A stretch of DNA of 64,000 nt from Minisyncoccota bacterium (GCA_036399335.1 DASWNF010000014.1:209642-273641), one strand, 5' to 3'. Shown: positions 1-9,842, counted from the first letter of the stretch. The notes: a model not told the origin generated them from the letters alone. Translations and numbers: made by a program.

Positions 1-192
1 CAGGTCGTGAACCGCATCACCCTCCCCGGCGCGCTCTTCCTCGGCTTCGTCGCCGTCATCCCGTTCATCATCCAGGGCATTACGGGAATCACCGCCGTCC
101 TCATCGGCGGTACGGCACTCCTCATTGCCGTCCAGGTGCTTATCGACCTCATCCGCAAGATTGAGGCGCAGATCTCACTCCGCGAATACTAA
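1..192 (+). CDS. secY: preprotein translocase SecY, C-terminal fragment (5' end outside window)
   Basis: ORF 7..192 translation ends ...GTALLIAVQVLIDLIRKIEAQISLREY, typical SecY C-terminus; followed by adk/map as in the conserved operon. Confidence 0.8.
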   Translation, partial: QVVNRITLPGALFLGFVAVIPFIIQGITGITAVLIGGTALLIAVQVLIDLIRKIEAQISLREY

Positions 193-213
193 GAAGCCTG
201 GTATTTCAAACAG

Positions 214-237
214 AAAACCGCCTATATGGGCGGTTTT
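214..237 (+). terminator. hairpin aaaaccgcc-tata-tgggcggtttt downstream of secY
   Basis: perfect 7-bp GC stem flanked by A/T runs, seen directly. Confidence 0.5.
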
Positions 238-264
238 CTGTTTTGGGGATGCTACTATTCCTGG

Positions 265-918
265 ATGAAGAAGTCCGAGATACTCGCAAAGACCGTTACA
301 TTCGTTCAAGACCGGCTCAAGGGCGAGGGTACCGGCCACGACTGGTGGCATATCGAGCGCGTGTTAAGTAATGCCCGGGCAATCATGCGTACGGAGAAGG
401 CAGACCGCTTTGTCGTCGACATGGCACTCCTCCTCCACGACGTGGGAGACCGGAAGGTCATCCATAAGCCCGAAGACGACTACACCATCGCCGAACGGTG
501 GCTCGGGAAGTGCGAAGTCCCGCATGACGTGGCCGGGCGGGTGATGTTCATCATCAGGAATATGTCGTTCAGCGCTTCGGCAGGGAAACGGCTTGAGGGC
601 GCACCGAAGGAATTCTACATCGTACAAGACGCGGACCGGCTTGATGCGCTCGGCGCCATCGGTATTGCCCGTGCATTCGCCTTCGGCGGGAGCCGTTCGC
701 GCCCGCTGTATGACCCGTCGAAAAAGAAGCAAACCTTCAAGACTTCCGAGGAGTACCGGAAGTTGAATAGTTCGACCATCCATCATTTCCACGAGAAAAT
801 CCTGCACCTACAGGACCTCATGAATACCAAGGCGGCAAAGCGAATCGCCGCCAAGCGGCATGCCTATACGGAAAAATACCTAGAACAGTTCCTAAAAGAG
901 TGGAAGGGGGAGCGGTAG
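265..918 (+). CDS. HD-domain phosphohydrolase
   Basis: HD motif context ...MALLLHDVGD... and DADRLDALGAIG typical of HD superfamily; start moved to ATG 265 after the terminator; TACTAT -10-like hexamer 6 nt upstream. Confidence 0.65.
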   Translation: MKKSEILAKTVTFVQDRLKGEGTGHDWWHIERVLSNARAIMRTEKADRFVVDMALLLHDVGDRKVIHKPEDDYTIAERWLGKCEVPHDVAGRVMFIIRNMSFSASAGKRLEGAPKEFYIVQDADRLDALGAIGIARAFAFGGSRSRPLYDPSKKKQTFKTSEEYRKLNSSTIHHFHEKILHLQDLMNTKAAKRIAAKRHAYTEKYLEQFLKEWKGER

Positions 919-919
919 G

Positions 920-1498
920 CTAGACCTTGTTAGCAATCCACTCCCGGTACTCCTTAATGACCATCCCGACGACCGTGTCGAGGTCATTGTGCTCGGTATC
1001 GATAACAAGGTCGTATTGGCTCAGGTCATTCACGTTGAGCTGGTAAAGGTCTTGGTAGCGTTTGGTCTCGCTCGCAATGCGCTCCAGGGTCGCGTTATAC
1101 ACGTCCTCAACGGATTCCGCGTGCTGGCTTGTGCGTCCTTTGGCTTGGATCTGCTTATAGATGCGTTCGGACGCGATGTGGGGATCAAGCGACAAGTACA
1201 CCTTGAAGGACGCCGGGATCCAGTGGAAGGCAGTCCGGGAGTCGATGACGAGGCGCTCGCTGTCGTTCATCTCGCGGAGGCGCTTGTCGACGGTGTAGTC
1301 GATTTCTTTCTCAAGTTCCGCAGCCTTATTTATCTCTTCGATGGAAAGGCCGCGCTCGGCCGCAACGGCCCGGAACAGGTCGCCTGAAGAGAAATGGGTG
1401 TAGCCCAGTTCGGTAGCGACACAGCGGGCCGTGCTCGATTTTCCGCTTCCGAGAAAGCCGGCGATGGTAATGATTCTCTTTTTGGGGTGCGGGTTCAT
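920..1498 (-). CDS. cmk: cytidylate kinase
   Basis: P-loop ITIAGFLGSGKSST at N-terminus, overall Cmk-like; start at MNPHPKKR. Confidence 0.7.
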   Translation of the reverse strand: MNPHPKKRIITIAGFLGSGKSSTARCVATELGYTHFSSGDLFRAVAAERGLSIEEINKAAELEKEIDYTVDKRLREMNDSERLVIDSRTAFHWIPASFKVYLSLDPHIASERIYKQIQAKGRTSQHAESVEDVYNATLERIASETKRYQDLYQLNVNDLSQYDLVIDTEHNDLDTVVGMVIKEYREWIANKV

Positions 1499-1557
1499 GC
1501 AAATCTTGCTACAGTATGGTCGAATCATAACTTCATTTGAAGAACACGCAATCATCC

Positions 1558-2136
1558 ATGGAACGCAAAAATATCGATACTGTGCTCATCATCGGCCGCC
1601 CGGGTTCGGGAAAGGGTACGCAGGCAAGGATACTCTCGGAGAAGTTCGGCTGGGCCCGTCTCTCGACCGGCGACCGCATCAAGCAGATCCGCGACGGCCA
1701 TGAGCCGTTCTCCCCGCGCGTGCGCGAGCTGTATGACAAGGGCAAGCTCCTTCCTGACTGGTTTGCCGATTACCTCCTTGAGAGCGCGCTCCTCGACCGC
1801 GAGTCGTACGTGGGCGTCGTCCTCGAGGGCTTTGGCCGTACGAAGGGCCAGGCCGAACACTTCTGCGAGATAGTGTCGTGGCTCGGACGGAACCTCGTCG
1901 TGCTTAATCTCGAAGTTTCGGATGACGAGGTCGTGCGGCGCATGGTTGCGCGCGCGGCACAGGAGGACCGCCCGGACTCTTCCGAGGAAACCTTGCGCAC
2001 ACGCCTTGCCCAGTATGCGGAGCTGACCGCACCCGCCCTCGAATTTTTCCGCGAGCAGGGGTACGTCGTCGATATCGACGGCGAAGTCCCCCCCGAAGAA
2101 GTCGCGGAAGCCATCTCCGGCGCACTCGCGAAATGA
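1558..2136 (+). CDS. adk: adenylate kinase
   Basis: LIIGRPGSGKGTQA P-loop, LSTGD, adenylate kinase architecture; sits between secY and map. Confidence 0.85.
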   Translation: MERKNIDTVLIIGRPGSGKGTQARILSEKFGWARLSTGDRIKQIRDGHEPFSPRVRELYDKGKLLPDWFADYLLESALLDRESYVGVVLEGFGRTKGQAEHFCEIVSWLGRNLVVLNLEVSDDEVVRRMVARAAQEDRPDSSEETLRTRLAQYAELTAPALEFFREQGYVVDIDGEVPPEEVAEAISGALAK

Positions 2137-2897
2137 TCGTCCGCACCGAGGAACAGAAGCGCGGGTTAATCGAGGCAGGGAAGCGCCTCGGCAACATCCT
2201 CGCGCTCCTTGAGGCCGATGTGCGCCCGGGGGTTACTACGAAGGAACTCGACCTTCGTGCCGAGTCACTTATCCGCGAAGGGGGCGATACGCCTGCCTTC
2301 AAGGGCTATATGCCGGAGGGTGCCCGGTACCCGTTTCCAGCGGCGCTCTGCATCTCGGTCAACGATGAGGTCGTCCATGGCATCCCGGGCGACCGGGCCC
2401 TCCGTGAGGGGGATCTCGTCACGCTCGACCTCGGCCTCATACATGATGGGTTCGTCGTCGATGCGGCCATTACCGTGCCCGTGGGGCAGGTGGACAAGGC
2501 TTCGTACGAGCTCATGGACGCGACCCGCGAGGCGCTCGAGCGCGCCATTGCCGCAGCGCGGCCCGGGCGACGTATCGGCGACATCTCATACGCGACCGGC
2601 AAGGCGTTCCAGGGAACCGGCTTCTCCGTCGTGAAGGTGCTCGGGGGGCACGGCGTGGGCGAGAGCGTCCACGAAGACCCCTGGATAGGGAACGACGGCC
2701 ACCCCGGGACGGGTCCCGAGATAGTGCCAGGGATGGTGCTCGCGCTTGAGCCCATCGCAAACGCCGGAAAGGCCTCGGTCGTGCTTGATAACGACGGGTA
2801 TACGTACCGGACCCGCGACGGCTCGCGAAGCGCGCATTTCGAGCACTCCATTTTGATAGAAGAGGCAGGGACTATCGTGCTTACGGCTCGTTCATAA
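2133..2897 (+). CDS. map: methionine aminopeptidase type I
   Basis: MetAP signature residues (DLVTLDLG, GHGVGESVHEDP, LALEP) and operon position after adk. Confidence 0.9.
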   Translation: MIVRTEEQKRGLIEAGKRLGNILALLEADVRPGVTTKELDLRAESLIREGGDTPAFKGYMPEGARYPFPAALCISVNDEVVHGIPGDRALREGDLVTLDLGLIHDGFVVDAAITVPVGQVDKASYELMDATREALERAIAAARPGRRIGDISYATGKAFQGTGFSVVKVLGGHGVGESVHEDPWIGNDGHPGTGPEIVPGMVLALEPIANAGKASVVLDNDGYTYRTRDGSRSAHFEHSILIEEAGTIVLTARS

Positions 2898-2981
2898 ACG
2901 CTTCAGCGTCCTACGTCCATACTGTTGAGGTTACCGCAACGGTAATTCGAATTACTGAATCACAACTTTACTGACACGCAT

Positions 2982-3215
2982 ATGGCTACAATCGTAAATA
3001 CCCCGGGCGGCTCGAATGATAACGGTTCCGGCTGGGCCGTTGCCGTCATCGTACTCCTCGTCGTCCTCGTCGGCGCCTTCCTCCTTTGGGGCGGCGTAGG
3101 CGGTGGTGGTGACAACAACATCGACGTGAACGTCCCTACTCCGGAGGTGAACATCCCAACTCCTGACGTAAGCGTTCCTACTCCGGCTCCAGGCGGCGCT
3201 GCAACTTCGCAGTAA
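2982..3215 (+). CDS. small membrane-anchored protein with Pro/Thr tandem repeats
   Basis: N-terminal TM helix, three ~24-nt tandem repeats encoding VNVPTPEV / NIPTPDVS / VPTPAPGG. Confidence 0.3.
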   Translation: MATIVNTPGGSNDNGSGWAVAVIVLLVVLVGAFLLWGGVGGGGDNNIDVNVPTPEVNIPTPDVSVPTPAPGGAATSQ

Positions 3216-3233
3216 GCCGATATCCGCAAGCAG

Positions 3234-3260
3234 AAAAAGGCCGCGTATGCGGCCTTTTTC
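3234..3260 (+). terminator. intrinsic terminator aaaaaggccgcgtatgcggcctttttc
   Basis: GC hairpin + T tract. Confidence 0.6.
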
Positions 3261-3349
3261 TCTGGCACTTCCTGCTTTGCCCCTTGGGGGACATTAACGT
3301 ATAGTAGGCGTATAGCAGCGCCCCGCGGCGATTTTTTACTTTAATCAGC

Positions 3350-3961
3350 ATGTCCAATCCGCACCCAAGCACCGAGCGCACGCTCGTTATCGTTAAGCCA
3401 GATGGCGTCCAGCGCGGCCTCATCGGCGAAGTCATTAAGCGGTATGAAAGCGTCGGGCTCAAGCTCGTCGGCATCAAGATAGGTGTCCCGACGGCCGAGA
3501 AGATCGAGGCGCATTATACGCTCGACCCTGAATGGCGCCGCATTACCGGCGAGAAGACCATCGAGAGCTACAAGTCCAAGGGCCTTACCCCGCCTTCGGA
3601 AGACCCGCTCGAGATTACGGCCGTTATCCTCGCGAACCTGAAGACGTACATGACCGCCGGTCCGGTTGTCTTCATGGTTTGGCAAGGCGCGCACGCCGTG
3701 AAGATCGTCCGCAAGCTTACCGGCGGCACCGAGCCGCTTACGTCGGATGTCGGTACTATCCGTGGCGATTATGTCCTCGATTCGTACCAGATGGCCGACC
3801 TCGACGGCCGCGCCGTACGGAACGTCATCCACGCTTCCGGTTCCGCAGAAGAAGCGGATAACGAGATCAAGCACTGGTTCATGCCGAGCGAAGTCGTCGA
3901 TTACCGCCTTATCCAGGAAAGCGTCCTCTACGACGCGAACATGGACGGCATCCTCGACTAA
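3350..3961 (+). CDS. ndk: nucleoside diphosphate kinase (extended form)
   Basis: ERTLVIVKPDGVQRGLIGEVIKRYE... NDK N-terminal signature, NVIHASGSAEEA (active-site His region). Confidence 0.85.
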   Translation: MSNPHPSTERTLVIVKPDGVQRGLIGEVIKRYESVGLKLVGIKIGVPTAEKIEAHYTLDPEWRRITGEKTIESYKSKGLTPPSEDPLEITAVILANLKTYMTAGPVVFMVWQGAHAVKIVRKLTGGTEPLTSDVGTIRGDYVLDSYQMADLDGRAVRNVIHASGSAEEADNEIKHWFMPSEVVDYRLIQESVLYDANMDGILD

Positions 3962-4145
3962 AGTACGGCTGCAGAGCTTGGCCAGAATCGGACTCGCGGT
4001 ATACTCTTTCCGGAGCCGCCGATTCGAAAGTCAACTTGCTCAATTCTAGGGAGTCTCATACGAGACGGCGCGAGCTTCGGCTCTACCGACGTCCTGCGGA
4101 CACCCACGTGGCACATAAAAGTTGCCACACGAAGGCGGCTCTAAC

Positions 4146-4175
4146 AAAAGGCCGGTCCGAAAGGACCGGCCTTTT
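4146..4175 (+). terminator. intrinsic terminator aaaaggccggtccgaaaggaccggccttttg
   Basis: perfect hairpin + T tract after ndk. Confidence 0.65.
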
Positions 4176-4196
4176 GCGCATGCTACTCTAGGCATT

Positions 4197-4550
4197 ATGA
4201 GACTTGCGTGGCTCTTCCTCGCCCTCGTGCTTGCGGCACTTCTCGCCGGCGTGCATACCTATGCGCTTACGAACTTCTGGTATTGGTATTTCCCTTGGCT
4301 CGACGTCCCCGTCCACTTCCTTGGCGGCGCCTTCATGGGAGCGGCCGTCGTCGGGGTGCTCGGGACGTATCGGCCCAAGATCTTCCTCCTCACCGTTGCC
4401 GCCGGCGCTATCGGATGGGAGCTTTTTGAGCTCGCCATCAATATCGGGCGGGAGTCGAATTTCATACTTGATACGTCGCTCGACCTGCTCATGGATGCGC
4501 TCGGCATAACGGCAACCTACTTGGCTGCCCGGCTTACCTTATGGCGCTAA
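4197..4550 (+). CDS. small integral membrane protein (VanZ-like?)
   Basis: 3-4 predicted TM helices; start at ATG 4197 (MRLAWLF) after terminator. Confidence 0.4.
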   Translation: MRLAWLFLALVLAALLAGVHTYALTNFWYWYFPWLDVPVHFLGGAFMGAAVVGVLGTYRPKIFLLTVAAGAIGWELFELAINIGRESNFILDTSLDLLMDALGITATYLAARLTLWR

Positions 4551-5938
4551 CCCTCACCTTCCACGGCGGTGCGGAGAGCGTCACCGGCTCGAACTTCCTC
4601 GTCGAAGGGAAGCACGGCAAGCTCCTCGTCGATTGTGGCGTCGAGCAGGGACGCGACTTCTGCGAAAGCTGCATGTATGACGCCTTCCCGTACGACGTCA
4701 CCTCGATAGACGCGCTTATCATCACCCACGCCCACCTCGACCACATCGGCCGCGCCCCGAAACTTATGCGCGAGGGCTTCAAGGGCCGCGTATATATGAC
4801 GGCGCCCACCCGCGACCTCATGACGCTCATCCTGCTCGATTCGGCGCACATCCTTGCCGGCGAAGCGCGCGCGCGCGGCCGCGACCCGCTGTATACCGAG
4901 CACGACGTCGAAGCCCTGCTCAACCACACCGAGGTCGTTGAGTACGGCGAGGAGTGGGAGGCGGCACCGGGTCTCTCCTGTATCCTCCGCCAAACCGGGC
5001 ACATCCTGGGGTCGGCGAGCGTGCGCATCAAGGACGAGGAAGGCACCTCGCTCGCGCTTACGGGCGACATCGGTAACGCGCCGTCGCCTTATCTTCCTGA
5101 CCCCGAGCCCGTTACCGACGCCGATGTCATGGTCATGGAAAGCGTGTACGGCGACCGCGTGAATTCCCAGGAAGGGCGCGTCGAGATGCTCCGCGATGAG
5201 CTCAATAAGGCGATAGCCCGGGGCGGCGCCGTGCTCATCCCGGCCTTTTCCATAGAGCGGTCGCAACTCATGCTGTATGAAATCTCGAACCTCATGGAAG
5301 CAGGGGAGATACCGAAAGTCCCCGTCTTCCTCGACTCGCCGCTTGCCATCAAGGTGACCGACGTATACGCCAAATGGGCCGACAAGTATTTTAAGCCCGA
5401 AGTCGACGACGAGCTGAAACGCGAGCACGATATCTTCCGTTTCCCCTTCCTTACCCAAACCCCGGCGCGCGAAGACTCCGAGGCCATCGGCGAGACGCCC
5501 AACCCGAAGATAATCCTCGCGGGTGCCGGCATGTCCCATGGGGGGCGCATCGCCCGCTGGGAAGAGCGCTACCTTCCGGATCCTGCGACGACGCTTATGA
5601 TTGTCGGCTACCAGGCCCCAGGAAGCCCGGGACGCCTTCTGGAGGACGGCGCCAGGTCCATGCGCATAAATGGCCGCGACATAGCCATACGCGCCAAAGT
5701 AGGCACCTTCAGGGGCTGGTCTGCGCACGCGGACCGCGAAGGGCTTCTTGCCTTTGCGGAGAAGTCCCTCCCGCGCACGAAAACCATTTTCTGCGCGCTC
5801 GGCGAACCGGCAAGCGCCCGGTTCCTCGCCCAGCGCATCCATGGCTTCCTCGGCATTAAGGCCATCGTGCCCACGGCAGGGGAGCGATGGGAAATTACGA
5901 AGGAGGGCGTACGGCGGGTCGGGAACGCCAAGCCATAA
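4541..5938 (+). CDS. MBL-fold metallo-hydrolase of the beta-CASP RNase family (RNase J / CPSF-like)
   Basis: HxHxDH motif (ITHAHLDHIG), beta-CASP and C-terminal RNA-specificity region; 465 aa. Confidence 0.75.
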   Translation: MALTLTFHGGAESVTGSNFLVEGKHGKLLVDCGVEQGRDFCESCMYDAFPYDVTSIDALIITHAHLDHIGRAPKLMREGFKGRVYMTAPTRDLMTLILLDSAHILAGEARARGRDPLYTEHDVEALLNHTEVVEYGEEWEAAPGLSCILRQTGHILGSASVRIKDEEGTSLALTGDIGNAPSPYLPDPEPVTDADVMVMESVYGDRVNSQEGRVEMLRDELNKAIARGGAVLIPAFSIERSQLMLYEISNLMEAGEIPKVPVFLDSPLAIKVTDVYAKWADKYFKPEVDDELKREHDIFRFPFLTQTPAREDSEAIGETPNPKIILAGAGMSHGGRIARWEERYLPDPATTLMIVGYQAPGSPGRLLEDGARSMRINGRDIAIRAKVGTFRGWSAHADREGLLAFAEKSLPRTKTIFCALGEPASARFLAQRIHGFLGIKAIVPTAGERWEITKEGVRRVGNAKP

Positions 5939-5943
5939 ATAAG

Positions 5944-5974
5944 AAAACCGCCTCTCGGATGAGAGGCGGTTTTC
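5944..5974. terminator. bidirectional terminator aaaaccgcctctcggatgagaggcggtttt
   Basis: hairpin with A tract on one side and T tract on the other, between convergent genes. Confidence 0.7.
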
Positions 5975-5986
5975 TTATTAGGCGTC

Positions 5987-6337
5987 TTAGCCTTGTACCT
6001 GCTTTGCGACGCGCGCGAAGGACTCGGGACGATGCTGTGCGAGCTCGGAGAGGACCTTGCGGTCAAGCGTGAAGCCCTTCGTCTTCATCTTGGCGATGAA
6101 GGTGCTGTATGAGGCGTAGCCGTTCTCGCGGATAGCGGCGTTCAGGCGTACGATCCACAGCTGGCGGAAGACCGTCTTCTTGTCGCGGCGGTGGTTGAAG
6201 GCGTTCTTGCCGGCGTGCACGAGCGACTCCTTTGCGAGGCGCTCCTTGGTACCGCGGCCATGGCGATAGCCCTTGGCGCGCTTCAATACGTTGCGGCGGC
6301 GCTTTGCTGAAATTACTCCTCCTTTTACTCGGGCCAT
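5987..6337 (-). CDS. rplT: 50S ribosomal protein L20
   Basis: MARVKGGVISAKRRRNVLKRAKGYRHGRG... canonical L20. Confidence 0.9.
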   Translation of the reverse strand: MARVKGGVISAKRRRNVLKRAKGYRHGRGTKERLAKESLVHAGKNAFNHRRDKKTVFRQLWIVRLNAAIRENGYASYSTFIAKMKTKGFTLDRKVLSELAQHRPESFARVAKQVQG

Positions 6338-6357
6338 AATCTAAAAGTTATTAACGC

Positions 6358-6549
6358 TTACTTGCTCGGGGTCGACAGGAAGCTGCGGCGGATATGGTTC
6401 GAAACCGTCAGGGTCTGGCCACGGCGCTTCACGCCCTTCGTACGGCCACCTTCCTTGGCATTGAAATGGTCCTGGCCCGGCTTGCGGGCGACAAGCTTAC
6501 CTTTCTTCGTGACGCGTATGCGCTTCGTGTATGACTTGTTGGTTTTCAT
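6358..6549 (-). CDS. rpmI: 50S ribosomal protein L35
   Basis: MKTNKSYTKRIRVTKKGKLVARKPGQDHFNAKE canonical L35; infC-rpmI-rplT order. Confidence 0.9.
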   Translation of the reverse strand: MKTNKSYTKRIRVTKKGKLVARKPGQDHFNAKEGGRTKGVKRRGQTLTVSNHIRRSFLSTPSK

Positions 6550-6552
6550 AAA

Positions 6553-7137
6553 TTAATCGGTGGTTTGCGGGGTAGCGTCTGCGTCTTTCGGAGCTTTCAG
6601 GGTGGCCTTAGGGTCGCGTTCGATGATGCCGGCGAAGCCTTTCGGCGCTCGCGTAACGGGCTCGGCGATGCGGTACGCGTACGGGATGAGAAGCAGGAAC
6701 TTCTCGAGGCGGCTCTTTAGGAACGCCTCTTCCATACCCTTATAGCGGCCTTTGAGGAAGAGCTCGGCGCGCACCCGGTGACCCTCGTCGAGCCATTCAG
6801 CCGCCTTCCGCGCTTTGAGCCGCATATCGTTCTCGCTCGTGCCGACCTTGATCTGGACTTCCTTGGTCTCGGAGACCTTGGCCTTGGCCCTGGCAGCGCT
6901 TTCCCGCTTCTTCAGCTCGTACTGAAACTTACCATAATCCATGACTTTCGCAACGGGAGGCTTGGCATTCGGCGATATTTCAATGAGGTCGAGGCTCGCT
7001 GCCTCGGCGGCCTTCATAGCCTCGGCAAAGGAAAGGACGCCGAGGTTCTCCCCCTCGGCGCCTATGACGCGCAGCTCAGGCGCGCGTATCTCACGGTTGA
7101 TGCGTATTTTCTCGGTGCTCACGTGCTTGTTTTTCAC
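6553..7137 (-). CDS. infC: translation initiation factor IF-3
   Basis: INREIRAPELRVIGAEGENLGVLSFAEAMKAAEAASLDLIEISPNAKPPVAKVMDYGKFQYE IF3 N and C domains; operon context. Confidence 0.85.
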   Translation of the reverse strand: MKNKHVSTEKIRINREIRAPELRVIGAEGENLGVLSFAEAMKAAEAASLDLIEISPNAKPPVAKVMDYGKFQYELKKRESAARAKAKVSETKEVQIKVGTSENDMRLKARKAAEWLDEGHRVRAELFLKGRYKGMEEAFLKSRLEKFLLLIPYAYRIAEPVTRAPKGFAGIIERDPKATLKAPKDADATPQTTD

Positions 7138-7236
7138 ATCATACCACGCAGGATGGCTAGAAACAAGACGGTTTTGGACCTCTACCCCCAGACATATTGA
7201 CGGAGCTCGGCCGCTGGTGCAGTACTATAGGCATAT

Positions 7237-7680
7237 ATGGATATTGACCTCCAGGAAGGATGGGGCCATCTCGAGAGGTGGATACGGACAGAGCGCCTCG
7301 GACGCCGCCGTTATGTTGAAGCAGTGGTGCTTACCTTGGTCGTCGGCTTCGCGACCATCCTCACGCCGTTCCTTTTCATCTTGCTCCTCCCCGACTTCAA
7401 CAGCGATTTCCTTATGGTGCCGGTCGCTTCGGTGGGCATCGCCGCAGCCATCATTATGCTCCTCGTCTACATTGCCGCCTCAATTGCCCGGCTTCGCGAT
7501 ATGGGCAGGTCGACGAACTGGTTCGTTGCCGGCCTCATTCCCTACCTGAACGTCATATTCTTCATGGTGCTCGCCCTTACGGAAGGGAAGCGCTCGAAGG
7601 AGCGGTCGGGACGTAAGCCCGCACGCGAGGCAAAAGAATCCGAACCGGTCCTAGCCGAGGCCGTACCCGAAGCGACCTAA
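7237..7680 (+). CDS. DUF805-like inner membrane protein
   Basis: RRRYVEA... RLRDMGRSTNWF...LIPYLN pattern resembles DUF805/YhaH family; 3 TM. Confidence 0.45.
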   Translation: MDIDLQEGWGHLERWIRTERLGRRRYVEAVVLTLVVGFATILTPFLFILLLPDFNSDFLMVPVASVGIAAAIIMLLVYIAASIARLRDMGRSTNWFVAGLIPYLNVIFFMVLALTEGKRSKERSGRKPAREAKESEPVLAEAVPEAT

Positions 7681-7682
7681 GT

Positions 7683-8648
7683 ATGGCCGGATTAGTCCAG
7701 GCAGTCATCTTCGTCGTCTCGCTCGCCGTCGTTTGGATCTTTGCCGGCATACTGGTTGAGGCCGTCAGCCGCATCTCCCGCCAGTACTGCCGGAACGGTT
7801 TCTTCACGGCCTTTTTCGTCCTTGGCTTCCTGACGTCGATAAGCGAGTTCTCCGTGGCGATTAACTCGAGCCTTGCCGGCGTACCTTCCGTCTCTGCCGG
7901 GAACTTGATCGGCGCGTCCTATGTCATCCTTTTCCTCATCGTGCCCTTGCTCGCCATTGCCGGCGGTGGGATAGCCCTCAACCAAGCGGTCTCGCCACGG
8001 AGTATCTTTATTACGATTGCGGCGACGGTACTTCCCGTGCTCCTTATCGTCGACGGCGACGTGACCCGGGGAGAGGGGTTGCTCGCGCTTCTTGCATACG
8101 CCGCCGTCGCCTTTACGCTGTACCGCCAGAAGCGCGAAATTGCCGCGTGCGACATTGAACGGGGGGACGGCCAGCGCCTCGCGCCGTTGTTTGCCGACCT
8201 GGGCAAGATCCTTGCCGGCGGCATAGCGATATTCACGGCCGCGCATTTCCTCGTCGAAGAAGCCGTGTACTTTGCCGGCATCCTTGGCGTGCCCGTATCG
8301 CTTGTCGGCCTGCTCTTACTGTCTATCGGCACGAACGTGCCCGAGCTAGTCATTGCTGCTCGGGCCGTAATGCGCGGGCGCACCGACATCGCCTTCGGGG
8401 ACTACCTCGGCTCGACTTCCATGAATACGTTCATCTTCGGCCTCCTCGCACTCTTCTCGGGCCGGTTCTACGTAGCGGCAGAGGAATTCGTCATGACGGC
8501 GGCGCTTTTCGTCGTAGGCGGCATCGTCCTCTTCCTTTTTGCTTACTCACGACGCTACATTTCTCGTACTGAGGGGGCGTTCCTCCTGCTGTTCTACATC
8601 ACCTTTGTCGTGCTCCAGGCGTATGCCGCCGCACGGATAGCTGGTTAG
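7683..8648 (+). CDS. Na+/Ca2+ exchanger (CaCA family) membrane protein
   Basis: two alpha-repeat regions incl. LSIGTNVPELVIA motif, ~10 TM. Confidence 0.7.
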   Translation: MAGLVQAVIFVVSLAVVWIFAGILVEAVSRISRQYCRNGFFTAFFVLGFLTSISEFSVAINSSLAGVPSVSAGNLIGASYVILFLIVPLLAIAGGGIALNQAVSPRSIFITIAATVLPVLLIVDGDVTRGEGLLALLAYAAVAFTLYRQKREIAACDIERGDGQRLAPLFADLGKILAGGIAIFTAAHFLVEEAVYFAGILGVPVSLVGLLLLSIGTNVPELVIAARAVMRGRTDIAFGDYLGSTSMNTFIFGLLALFSGRFYVAAEEFVMTAALFVVGGIVLFLFAYSRRYISRTEGAFLLLFYITFVVLQAYAAARIAG

Positions 8649-9214
8649 TGGCTTAATTCGTACCAGGAGTCGTAGAAAGTTTGGCGGACCTTCGCGAAGG
8701 GCGATGCGTCTACATAGTCGAGCACCCACTCCTGCCGCATTTCGCTCTCAGGAATATTGCAGGTTTCCGCTTGTGCAGCGTTTGAGGTGGTGGTAATCCT
8801 GGCGGACGCCGTTCGCGTGTCGGCTGTGAGGACTGCGTTCGTACACTTGCCGTCCTGGGTTGCCGTAATGGCCCCTTCGTCAGTCCAGTCGGTGACGACG
8901 TAGTAGCCAATTTCCTGGTAAAAGTAATCGCCTTGCCAAATGCTCACCTGCGTTAAGGCGCATTCTGACTTTTCCTTCCGACAATCGATGAGCACCCCCT
9001 GCGGTCCTTTTGCCTTAGCGGCTTCCGACAAACGCCATGCACCACGGAATTGGGTGGCGCCCGGTTGCGGCTGCACTTCGCTTTGTAGAAGCACTTGGTC
9101 CTCGGGACCGACTGTGCCGACGTCGTATACGGAAGGCGTAAGCGTGCGTACGGCAGTAGCGACGAAGAACAGGGCGACGACGGCTAGCGTCCAGCGGATA
9201 GTTGTTGAGGTCAT
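8645..9214 (-). CDS. hypothetical secreted/membrane-anchored protein
   Basis: N-terminal signal/anchor MTSTTIRWTLAVVALFFVATA, Cys-containing ectodomain. Confidence 0.45.
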   Translation of the reverse strand: MTSTTIRWTLAVVALFFVATAVRTLTPSVYDVGTVGPEDQVLLQSEVQPQPGATQFRGAWRLSEAAKAKGPQGVLIDCRKEKSECALTQVSIWQGDYFYQEIGYYVVTDWTDEGAITATQDGKCTNAVLTADTRTASARITTTSNAAQAETCNIPESEMRQEWVLDYVDASPFAKVRQTFYDSWYELSH

Positions 9215-9323
9215 GGGTAGGTATTAGGGTAACCTCTACAGTATGGCGCACTTAACCGGGAATTCACTGCTTCTTGTGCATAGTATTCCGCATGCAGGGC
9301 ATATCCTGCGCTCACACATTCGT

Positions 9324-9737
9324 ATGACCAAAACACTTGCAACCTTATTCGGTATCGTCTACCTCCTTATGGGTATCGCGGGCACCGTGAACACGCGGCT
9401 CGTAGGCACGGACGGGCTTTTCGCAGCCGATGCGGCGTATAGCATTGCCCTCATGGTCATTGGCGCCGTACTCCTCTTCGCTGCACTCTTCAAACAGGAC
9501 GCAGCGCGCAGCATCACGTTTAGTGTAGGCGCCCTCCTCGCGCTTGTTGCGCTCTCAAGCCTCCTCTTCACGCCCGGCCGTGGGGAAGTGCTCGGCATGT
9601 TCGTAAACAGCGTAGACCACGTGCTCAACCTCGCCATCGGCCTCACGATTGCTGGAACGGCGTACTTCGAGCGCTCGCGCGTCTCGAGTTCGCTCCGCGA
9701 TATGCGGTACCTCCGTCCCGTACGCCACGCGATGTAG
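9324..9737 (+). CDS. small membrane protein (DUF4383-like)
   Basis: 4 TM helices, start at MTKTLATLF. Confidence 0.45.
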   Translation: MTKTLATLFGIVYLLMGIAGTVNTRLVGTDGLFAADAAYSIALMVIGAVLLFAALFKQDAARSITFSVGALLALVALSSLLFTPGRGEVLGMFVNSVDHVLNLAIGLTIAGTAYFERSRVSSSLRDMRYLRPVRHAM

Positions 9738-9757
9738 CCAGAAGGAATTACCGAAGG

Positions 9758-9784
9758 AAAAAGCCGCCCTAGGGCGGCTTTTTC
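9758..9784 (+). terminator. intrinsic terminator aaaaagccgccctagggcggcttttt
   Basis: perfect hairpin + T tract. Confidence 0.7.
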
Positions 9785-9842
9785 CTTGTACGCACTGCCC
9801 GTCAGAGGAACGTGGATTATGTGAGGTAGACTATGCGAGTTT

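Noticed and set aside
364-807. Antisense ORF inside the HD-domain gene
   Set aside because: Fully embedded opposite a gene with clear motifs; typical high-GC shadow ORF.
4547-5842. 431-aa minus-strand ORF opposite the beta-CASP hydrolase gene
   Set aside because: Arg/Gly/Ala-rich low-complexity translation with no motifs. The plus-strand frame carries HxHxDH and beta-CASP motifs.
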